Below, piece by piece: positions 35,573 to 42,958 of a DNA stretch of 47,226 bases (position 1 is the stretch's first letter; the number at the start of each line of letters is the position of its first letter). A program made the translations under genes and the position numbers. Under the pieces are notes generated by a model. It was not told the origin of the DNA. It made no database searches and saw nothing but the letters and a program-made list of their open reading frames with translations. This DNA is from an uncultured bacterium (GTDB taxonomy: Bacteria > Hydrothermota > UBA3073). Location of the stretch: assembly GCA_964422625.1 (NCBI GenBank), contig CAYRBN010000001.1:1-47226 (forward strand), written 5' to 3'.

Positions 35573-35739
35573 TTAGCCACAGAACTTCATTCACCCCGCA
35601 CCTATGCATAGGTGCGGGGCAGGAAAAAACACAGAAATAGATTAAATCTTTGAAAAATCTATTTTCACCCAAAAGGTGAAGGATGGCTTTTTATGTACAT
35701 CTATGATATTTCAGTGAAATTCTGTGTTATTCTGTGGCT
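35573..35739. repeat. inverted-repeat-bounded element with internal 26-nt perfect palindrome
   Basis: AGCCACAGAA (35575-35584) pairs with TTCTGTGGCT (35730-35739). CCCCGCACCTATGCATAGGTGCGGGG lies at 35594-35619. It sits directly after the PIN remnant. Confidence 0.55.
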
Positions 35740-36066
35740 TTATGCATTATTTGGGATTATCAAATGATGTTGTTTTGAAGAGATGATATCTTTTGATGTT
35801 TAGATAATTATCTAAATGTCTAAATGAAGAAATAAAGCCCAGAAAGAAATGTTTGACAATTCTATAATTCTAACATTCTAGAATGATCGAATGATGCAGT
35901 TGTAGTCTTGGAATATGCATTATTGAAAGGGTAGAATCTATGCTAAAAAACAGGCACCCTGCCAACAGGATGCCTGTCTTCTCAAAAAAGCCTTCTGTTC
36001 TCATTGCATCTTACCAGTTTTCTAAATAGAATATCCTCTGCTAATCAACATCTATCATTCCTTACC

Positions 36067-36116
36067 TGTAGGCACAAATTCAATTTGTGCTGGTACGATT
36101 TGAAATCGTGCCTACA
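36067..36116 (-). repeat. 50-nt double-hairpin element (inverted copy)
   Basis: Reverse complement of 14240-14289 with 2 mismatches. Confidence 0.85.
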
Positions 36117-36121
36117 TTCCT

Positions 36122-36146
36122 AACAGGTGGAGCATCTTGCTCCACA
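36122..36146 (+). repeat. 25-nt hairpin repeat (identical to 28097-28121)
   Basis: The sequence is aacaggtggagcatcttgctccaca. Confidence 0.85.
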
Positions 36147-36190
36147 ACCTTAACCGTGGAAAAGGTCTCCTGACCTTGAATAGTAGCAGG

Positions 36191-36296
36191 GTAGGGACAA
36201 CCCTTGTGGTTGTCCGTCTATCGGACAGGAACAAGCCCTCTCTCGACAATGGTTGTCGATCGGACAGGGATAAACCCTGTCCCTACATATCGAGGG
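36191..36296. repeat. cluster of GGACA-family hairpins
   Basis: GGACAACC-cttgt-GGTTGTCC, CGACAA-tgg-TTGTCG and GGACAGGG-ataaa-CCCTGTCC occur in series. Confidence 0.8.
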
Positions 36297-36340
36297 CAGG
36301 AGGTTTCTCCCACAATGGAGATACCTCCCACATTCGCTAA

Positions 36341-36391
36341 TCAGTTATCAGTAACCGGTAAAGACCAACTAACAAACTAACCAACTAATTA
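36341..36391 (-). repeat. heptamer arrays downstream of the M23 peptidase gene
   Basis: accaactaacaaactaaccaactaatt is identical over 27 nt to 46591-46617 at the gmk 3' end. Confidence 0.85.
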
Positions 36392-36420
36392 CCTGTTAAT
36401 CCTGTCTGAAAGCTGATTTA

Positions 36421-37302
36421 TCAGTATAGGACTTTACCAAACAGTATATAATTGATGGGGTTTAAATCCCTCCCATACTTTTGTACTATGTAGTGAAGAT
36501 GTGGGCCTGTTGACCTACCTGTTGATCCCATATATCCTATTATATCTCTTCTCTCTACTCTATCATAAAGTTCCACAGCGAAACTTTTAAGATGTCCATA
36601 AAGTGTTGTATAGCCATAACCATGATTAATTTTTACAGTGAGTCCAAGACGTCCCATCCTGCCTACATAAACCACCTCACCCGATGCAGTAGCAATCACA
36701 GGTGTCCCCGCTCTGTTGGCTATATCTAGCCCGTTATGGAATGCTCTCCTGCCTGTAAAAGGATCGTTTCTCCAGCCAAAGCCTGAGGTTATCCTTCCCC
36801 ATGTGGGCATAATAGAGGGAATATGCTTTAACTGTTTTCGGGAGCTCCTAAGATTATAGTCAACTTCAGCCAGACTCTCTTCAGTTTTTGCTACCCCTCT
36901 TTTTATCAGTTCAAGTCTCTTATTTAGTGCACCCCCTTTACTCTCCAGAATTCTGCCACCTTTACTCGGATGATATCTCCCTCCAGTTCCGAACATTTTT
37001 ATATCATCACTTTGGGGAATATTCAAAGTCAGTCTCATCGTTTCATCAAGCCTAAATATTCTCGAATGTCTTCTCTCAACCTCGTTGATCAGGCGATTAA
37101 TCTCTGTGAGCTCTCTCATGTAGAATCTCTTTTCTCTGTACACCCGAGATCTGTTTATGTTGATTATAGCGGAATGTATGATCTCTCCATAAGAGTAGAT
37201 GGAGAAAGAGAGAACACAAAAGACTGGTAGGAGCAGGAGAAAGGCCTGCAATTTAGATATAGTGAAGTCCCTTTTACCTATGATAATTGTCCACTTTTGC
37301 AT
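36421..37302 (-). CDS. M23 family metallopeptidase (murein endopeptidase-like) with N-terminal TM anchor
   Basis: FHNGLDIA, GHLKSF and GSTGRSTGPHLHY motifs. Start moved to ATG 37302 (MQKWTI) because the track start overlaps the promoter. Confidence 0.85.
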   Translation of the reverse strand: MQKWTIIIGKRDFTISKLQAFLLLLPVFCVLSFSIYSYGEIIHSAIININRSRVYREKRFYMRELTEINRLINEVERRHSRIFRLDETMRLTLNIPQSDDIKMFGTGGRYHPSKGGRILESKGGALNKRLELIKRGVAKTEESLAEVDYNLRSSRKQLKHIPSIMPTWGRITSGFGWRNDPFTGRRAFHNGLDIANRAGTPVIATASGEVVYVGRMGRLGLTVKINHGYGYTTLYGHLKSFAVELYDRVERRDIIGYMGSTGRSTGPHLHYIVQKYGRDLNPINYILFGKVLY

Positions 37303-37309
37303 AGAAATT

Positions 37310-37338
37310 ATTATACACCAAAAAATTGTTTTTGTCAA
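37310..37338 (-). promoter_or_regulatory. consensus promoter TTGACA-17-TATAAT, 7 nt before the M23 ATG (leaderless)
   Basis: -35 at 37333-37338 and -10 at 37310-37315 on the minus strand. ATG at 37302. Confidence 0.7.
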
Positions 37339-37346
37339 GAAAAAAA

Positions 37347-38075
37347 TTAAGTTCTACCCAACTTCAGAAAGTATTGCACCATAGGATTGTCTATGGTCTT
37401 TACCTCTGTAGGTGTTCCCTCAAACAGAATTTTTCCATCATGGAGCATTGCAATCCTATCAGCAACATAGAATGCGCTCTCCATATCGTGTGTAACAATA
37501 ATTGTTGTTATTCCGAGTCTCTTTTTTAGACGCAGGATGAGCTCATTTATGGTGCTTGCAGTTATCGGGTCAAGTGCTGTAGTAGGTTCGTCATAGAGTA
37601 TATATGATGGATTACAAGCAAGCGCCCTGGCTAGCCCCACCCTTTTTTTCATACCTCCTGAAAGCTCTGATATTCTTTTATCTTCAATCCCCTCAAGATC
37701 TACCAGGGACAATTTTTCCCTTACTATCTCTCTTATCTTCTTTTCAGAGATTCTCTTATGCTCTATAAGCCCAAGGGCAACATTCCCAGCCACCGAGAGA
37801 GAGTCAAGCAAAGCAGAAGCCTGAAATAAAACGCCTATTTTAAGTCTGAGCTTATATAACTCACCCTTTGGAAGATTAGCTACATTCCCTCCATCTATCC
37901 ATATATTACCCTTATCTGGTTTCAAAAGCCCTATTAGAAGTTTCAGCAAGACACTCTTTCCACAACCACTCCTACCTATCACTGCAAGAGTTTCTCCTTT
38001 ATTAATCTCGAGAGAAATTTCATTCAATACCTTATTTCCATTAAAGGACTTATAAAGATTTTCTACCTTTATCAT
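37347..38075 (-). CDS. mlaF: ABC transporter ATP-binding protein, MlaF-like
   Basis: Walker A GRSGCGKS, signature LSGGMKKRVGLARAL, MlaF-like length and C-terminus. Confidence 0.85.
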   Translation of the reverse strand: MIKVENLYKSFNGNKVLNEISLEINKGETLAVIGRSGCGKSVLLKLLIGLLKPDKGNIWIDGGNVANLPKGELYKLRLKIGVLFQASALLDSLSVAGNVALGLIEHKRISEKKIREIVREKLSLVDLEGIEDKRISELSGGMKKRVGLARALACNPSYILYDEPTTALDPITASTINELILRLKKRLGITTIIVTHDMESAFYVADRIAMLHDGKILFEGTPTEVKTIDNPMVQYFLKLGRT

Positions 38076-38081
38076 ACTATT

Positions 38082-38822
38082 CTAAAAGACAATCCACGCT
38101 ACAAGAAGGTCAAAAAAGAGAATGAGTATGGAAGAAGAGACTACTGCATTTGTTGCGGCTCTGCCAACTCCCTCTGCCCCTCCATCTGCCATAAAGCCAT
38201 GGTATGTTCCCATAACTGCTATTACAAGTCCAAAGCAGAGTGCTTTCAGTAACCCTCCACCCAATTCATAGGGAAGATAGTTGATTCTGAGCCCTTCAAT
38301 ATAGACTATGGGGCTAATATTAGCAATAAAGATAGCATATAGACCTCCACCAAAACAGCCAACAAGCACTGATACTATTGTCAAGAGTGGGAGCGAAATT
38401 AATCCTGAAACAAATCTTGGCATCGCAAGATACCGTATTGGGTCTATTGCAAGACTCTCAAGTGCGTCTATCTGCTCTGTAATCTTCATAGTGCCTATCT
38501 CGGCGGCATACGATGAACTGATCCTTCCAGATATTATCAGTCCTGTTATAAGTGGGCAGAGTTGTATCATAAGTGTCTTTGCAACCACCATACCAAAATA
38601 GGGTTCCGGTACATAGCCACCGACCTGATGGGCTACCTGATGAGCAGTAACCATCCCCAAAAAGAGAGAGACGATTACAACGATGGGAAGGGAGTTAACT
38701 CCCGTATATAAGACCTGATCTACTATCAAACTGAACGATCTCGGAATCTGGTGTAGTTTTGCTATTATTGCCCAGAAAAAGAGACAGACCCTGCCTATAT
38801 AACCGAATATTGACTCTACCAT
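38082..38822 (-). CDS. mlaE: ABC transporter permease, MlaE-like
   Basis: MlaE-type polytopic pattern. ATG 38822 is 1 nt after the dnaB stop, with AAGGGAG inside the dnaB 3' end. Confidence 0.85.
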   Translation of the reverse strand: MVESIFGYIGRVCLFFWAIIAKLHQIPRSFSLIVDQVLYTGVNSLPIVVIVSLFLGMVTAHQVAHQVGGYVPEPYFGMVVAKTLMIQLCPLITGLIISGRISSSYAAEIGTMKITEQIDALESLAIDPIRYLAMPRFVSGLISLPLLTIVSVLVGCFGGGLYAIFIANISPIVYIEGLRINYLPYELGGGLLKALCFGLVIAVMGTYHGFMADGGAEGVGRAATNAVVSSSILILFFDLLVAWIVF

Positions 38823-38823
38823 C

Positions 38824-40146
38824 TTACTCCCTTGCACAGTCTTCAAACTTTGTATATTCTCCCAAGAATGTGAGGTTTATACTACCGCCGGAAGGCCCGT
38901 TTCGCTGTTTGCCAATCATTATCTCTGCCACACTGGCATCTTCATCCTCTCCTGCTCTATCTTTTTCATGTCTGTGTATAAATATCACCACATCTGCATC
39001 CTGCTCTATTGCCCCTGATTCTCTTAGGTCTGAGAGTATTGGTCTTCTGGATTCTCTCTTTTCTACTGCCCTTGAGAGCTGGGAGACTGCTATGATAGGA
39101 AGTCCCAGTTCTTTGGCAAGCCCTTTTAGCGACCTTGAGATTGCAGATATCTCCTGCTGTCTGTTTTCTACAGATCTGGGTCCCTGGATAAGCTGTAAGT
39201 AATCTACAAGAATCAATTGTGCATTATATTGTGCTCGCAACCTTCTTGCCTTTGCTCTCAGTTCAAGGATTGGTAACCCAGCTGTATCATCTATAAATAT
39301 ATCTGCCTCGGAGAGTGTGCCAGCTGATGTTGTAAGTCTTCTCAACTCCTCTTCTGATATATAACCTGTCCTCACTTTTCGGATTGGAACCCTTGCTTCT
39401 GTGCAGAGCATCCTTTGAACAAGCTGTTCCTTTGACATCTCAAGGCTAAATATTCCAACAGGCATCCCATGTCTTGAGGCTGCATACTGTGCAATATTGA
39501 GGGCGAAAGATGTTTTACCCGTTGCCGGTCTACCTGCAACCACTATAAAATCAGAAGCCTGGAAACCAAAAGTGAGACGGTCAAGATCTTTCCAGCCCGA
39601 AGGAACACCTGTTATATATTTCTTATTCGTAGTCATCTTATCTATAACCTCAAATCTTTCCATAACAAGGGTCCTCAAAGGGATAAACCCGGTTTTTACC
39701 CTTGCCTCTTTTATACTAAATACAAGTTGTTCTGACTTATCTAATAGTTCATCTACATCCCCAGAGGCCTCGTATCCTGCCTCAAGGATCTTACCAGCTG
39801 TCTGTATCAGTTTTCTAAGCGTTGCCTTCTCCTGAACAATCTTGGCATAATATTCTATATGGGAAGGAGTTGTTGTAAGATCTACAATCTCGGCAAGATA
39901 AGCTGCACCCCCTACCTTGTCAAGATCCTTTCTCTTTTTTAAGATTTCACTCAGAGTAACAAGGTCAACCGGTAAATTCTTGTCATAGAGAGAGACAATT
40001 GCCCTAAATATCTTCTTATGTGAATCAAAATAGAAACAGGACTCATCAATTATCTCTATCGCCCTTCCTATGGCATCTCGTTGAAGCATGATAGCGCCAA
40101 GGACATTCTGTTCTGCCTCTATTGATTGTGGCTCCTTCCTTTCCAT
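38824..40146 (-). CDS. dnaB: replicative DNA helicase
   Basis: 440 aa. N-terminal PQSIEAEQNVLGAIM and Walker A GRPATGKTSFALN. RecA-like C-terminal domain. Confidence 0.95.
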   Translation of the reverse strand: MERKEPQSIEAEQNVLGAIMLQRDAIGRAIEIIDESCFYFDSHKKIFRAIVSLYDKNLPVDLVTLSEILKKRKDLDKVGGAAYLAEIVDLTTTPSHIEYYAKIVQEKATLRKLIQTAGKILEAGYEASGDVDELLDKSEQLVFSIKEARVKTGFIPLRTLVMERFEVIDKMTTNKKYITGVPSGWKDLDRLTFGFQASDFIVVAGRPATGKTSFALNIAQYAASRHGMPVGIFSLEMSKEQLVQRMLCTEARVPIRKVRTGYISEEELRRLTTSAGTLSEADIFIDDTAGLPILELRAKARRLRAQYNAQLILVDYLQLIQGPRSVENRQQEISAISRSLKGLAKELGLPIIAVSQLSRAVEKRESRRPILSDLRESGAIEQDADVVIFIHRHEKDRAGEDEDASVAEIMIGKQRNGPSGGSINLTFLGEYTKFEDCARE

Positions 40147-40259
40147 AATACACCTCTTGTTGTTATTGGACGCAGATGGACGCTGATTAACACTGATTTT
40201 TTAATTTCGTTTTTGTATAAATTCCCTATTTATGAAATCCTTGACTCACTTTGTAATTA

Positions 40260-40502
40260 TCAGCACCTTTGAAACCGCTGTATAGGTTTTTTTATTGCAA
40301 GACTGAAATTTCTTTTTAACTCCCAGCTCTTTTCAGGATTTTTAGTATCGGCAATTATTAAGAATACTCTATTATTATCCCCAAATCTCTGAGCTCCTTG
40401 TAATTCATAAAGATATTTCTCTACTTCAACAAACAGGACTTTTGAGTAAGCTATATTTACCCCAATATCCTTTTCTCTGCAAGTTTGCAATAATCTTTGC
40501 AA
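40260..40502 (-). CDS. hypothetical ORF (possibly a gene fragment)
   Basis: TTG start immediately after an in-frame TAA and no RBS. AT-rich like the neighbouring island. Confidence 0.25.
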   Translation of the reverse strand: MQRLLQTCREKDIGVNIAYSKVLFVEVEKYLYELQGAQRFGDNNRVFLIIADTKNPEKSWELKRNFSLAIKKPIQRFQRC

Positions 40503-40575
40503 TTATCTATAAGTATAAAACTTCTATTAAGTTTTTTAGAAAATGGGAACTTTTTACTAATATGGCAGCATCTCA

Positions 40576-40746
40576 TTAATCTATTGCTTTTAGTTTCTTA
40601 AAAACAGTCTGCAACTCTTTATCTGTAATTTCAACTCCTTCCCATTTCAAGTAATCTATGATTTGCTCCTTAATAGGTCTCATCCATCCAGCAGAAATTC
40701 TACTCTCTAAATCTACAATTAGGTCTTTTAATTCTTCTTTTAACAT
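40576..40746 (-). CDS. 56-aa ORF overlapping the methylase stop (TAATG); absent from the ORF track
   Basis: Hand translation: MLKEELKDLIVDLESRISAGWMRPIKEQIIDYLKWEGVEITDKELQTVFKKLKAID, stop at 40576-40578. ATG 40746 shares one base with the methylase TAA (40746-40748). Confidence 0.4.
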   Translation of the reverse strand: MLKEELKDLIVDLESRISAGWMRPIKEQIIDYLKWEGVEITDKELQTVFKKLKAID

Positions 40747-41513
40747 TATGAGCTGCTTCCTTTCAGAGACATAGTATTACCTATCCTATCTTCTGCGATT
40801 TTGCAATATTCTTTACAATTATCGATAAGAACGAAGTTACGTCCAAGTTTCTTTGCTACAACTCCTACAGTTCCACTTCCTGCAAACATATCTAAAACTA
40901 TATTATCTTGATAGGAATAAAACTTAATTAATCTATATACAAGTTCTTCCGGAAATGGCGCAGGATGTCCTATTTTTTTTCTACTTTCTGGTGTAAAAGT
41001 CCATATACTCCTTGTATATTTCATAAATTCTTCAGATGTCAAATCACATCTATCTTTATCACCCTCTAACCTAAATTTATCTTTAGAGAATATAATAATA
41101 TATTCGTGTCTTGGCACTATATGAGGGTTGCTACAAGATTTCCAACTTCCCCAGGCACAATGTTTCGCTGCGCTATTCTTATTCCAAATTATTGTTCCTC
41201 TATATAACATTTCCAACTCTATACACTGTCGAGTAAAAGCACTATATGGTGGGTATGTTATATCTTGTCTTTTATTTTCTCCATAATTTATACACAATCT
41301 TCCACCATTTACTAAAATTCTCTTTGTTGCTTTCCATATTTGATACATCCACTCAAAATATTCATTATAGTCCTTTCTATCTTTATAATTTATGTAAGGT
41401 TTATCTAAATTGTATGGTGGTGAAGTAATAACTAAATGGATAAAATTATCAGGTACCTTCCTTAAAATTTCTAATGCATCTCCACAGATTACTTTATTCA
41501 TTTCTACCATCAT
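40746..41513 (-). CDS. beta-class DNA methyltransferase (N4-cytosine or N6-adenine; SPPY type)
   Basis: Motif IV LVITSPPYNL is N-terminal and motif I DMFAGSGTVG is C-terminal. RBS is GAGGTAG. Confidence 0.85.
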   Translation of the reverse strand: MMVEMNKVICGDALEILRKVPDNFIHLVITSPPYNLDKPYINYKDRKDYNEYFEWMYQIWKATKRILVNGGRLCINYGENKRQDITYPPYSAFTRQCIELEMLYRGTIIWNKNSAAKHCAWGSWKSCSNPHIVPRHEYIIIFSKDKFRLEGDKDRCDLTSEEFMKYTRSIWTFTPESRKKIGHPAPFPEELVYRLIKFYSYQDNIVLDMFAGSGTVGVVAKKLGRNFVLIDNCKEYCKIAEDRIGNTMSLKGSSS

Positions 41514-41523
41514 AGTGGCTACC

Positions 41524-42597
41524 TCAATAATTTGTTATCTCAAATTTTATTGTATTATTATCAATTGTGTATGTTACAAATATTGGCTTTCTTAAACTTA
41601 ATGAATAATTCTTTGCTCTTTCTATTGCTGAAGGATGTATCTCTTTTCCAATAAAAATGGGTTGTATCACATCTAAATTATTATTTGTTAAATTTTTCGA
41701 TGCCCATTTTACATATTCTTCTAATTGTATCACATCCGCTTGGGAAGGTATATTTTTTATTGAGTCTTTTTTGAGTTCTATTATTGATATTTTATATCTA
41801 ATATTTTTGTTATTCACTTTCCTGGTGTGATACACAAGAACATCTATGTTCCCACCTGCAACAGTAACAGGCACATAATTAGCAAACCATTCTATATCAT
41901 CTAAAGGCCCTAAAAATTTTTCTGTTCCCACTGACTCATCATCAATATGTTGAATCAACCATCCCTCTAAAATTTTTTCGTATTTTACACAGCTATTCTC
42001 ATCAGGCTCAAGGTCAAATTTTATAGGTTCTTTTCTAATAGGAAGATAAGGTTGGAAACTTTTGAGTTCTTGCATACCATCATTTGCTTTTAGCAAAAGT
42101 TCTATCAATTCATTCTCTTCCTCTGGAGATAAATGAGTAATACTTTTTCCTCTTTGCAATGTTTTTCTATAAAAGAGCGATCTTAATTTTATTGAGGCGA
42201 GAAGTTCGCCAAATGCTTTCATCTCTGATATGGGATTTTTCAAATACATATACGGCCTGATCTGTATCCTTGTAGGATATATTAACTGTCCTTCCACATA
42301 GTGAGGATTTTCTTTGCTTCCACAGATAAACTCATCAGAAAACGCATCAATTCCATTGAATTCTTCTTCATCAATAAACGGTTCACTTATTGCTTTATAA
42401 ATACCGTGAAATCCTACAGTTTGTTCATAGAAAAATATCTTATCATCTCTTCTGACACAACACATATCAGAACAAAGATCTGCTTTTGTTTTCTCTGACA
42501 ATTTCTTAGTTACATCTTCACCAATAATAGCTGCAATTCCCCTATCTCTTACAATAGGAAAAGTTTCTGGGGTAACAATAAAAACGTGCGCTGCCAT
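41524..42597 (-). CDS. candidate restriction nuclease: N-terminal PUA/EVE-like fold plus C-terminal NucS/PD-(D/E)xK-like nuclease
   Basis: The C-terminus has E(KILEGW)...GNIDVLVY...ISIIELKKD...QLEEY, a D..ExK arrangement. The N-terminus HVFIVTPETFP...DDKIFFYE..GFHGIYKAIS resembles a PUA-like barrel. Assignment is by motif only. Confidence 0.5.
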   Translation of the reverse strand: MAAHVFIVTPETFPIVRDRGIAAIIGEDVTKKLSEKTKADLCSDMCCVRRDDKIFFYEQTVGFHGIYKAISEPFIDEEEFNGIDAFSDEFICGSKENPHYVEGQLIYPTRIQIRPYMYLKNPISEMKAFGELLASIKLRSLFYRKTLQRGKSITHLSPEEENELIELLLKANDGMQELKSFQPYLPIRKEPIKFDLEPDENSCVKYEKILEGWLIQHIDDESVGTEKFLGPLDDIEWFANYVPVTVAGGNIDVLVYHTRKVNNKNIRYKISIIELKKDSIKNIPSQADVIQLEEYVKWASKNLTNNNLDVIQPIFIGKEIHPSAIERAKNYSLSLRKPIFVTYTIDNNTIKFEITNY

Positions 42598-42611
42598 TCT
42601 GTCCCTCCTTT

Positions 42612-42845
42612 TTAATAATTTTCCTCAATTATTTTTCTGACAGCATTGTCATTATAGAAATCTACATAATCAAAACAACCTATCAGCTTACTAGAAGAAG
42701 AATAAATTTCTATCCCAGGTATATCTCCTCTTATAACTTCAAAACTTTGTCCTGTTTCTAAATCAATACTTAATTCTCTTGTATCGATATCAAGATAATT
42801 TCTCACCCTAAATTTTTCTCCTTCATACAGAATAAATTTCTCCAT
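42612..42845 (-). CDS. 77-aa protein of unknown function, first gene of the island
   Basis: Strong RBS AAAGGGGGA 4 nt before ATG 42845. No recognisable motif. Confidence 0.45.
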   Translation of the reverse strand: MEKFILYEGEKFRVRNYLDIDTRELSIDLETGQSFEVIRGDIPGIEIYSSSSKLIGCFDYVDFYNDNAVRKIIEENY

Positions 42846-42958
42846 AAATTCCCCCTTTTATTTTTTGACACTACAATTTTATTGTTATTCTAAGCATTGC
42901 TTGATGAGAGACAGGATAGAGATACAATCCTAATTGTTCTCTAACTGTCCTTATCACC

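Noticed and set aside
36137-36340. 67-aa ORF across the GGACA hairpin cluster. Also 23032-23323, minus-strand ORFs across the 21-bp tandem repeat.
   Set aside because: These reading frames are created by GC-rich palindromic or tandem repeats. They have no translation signals.
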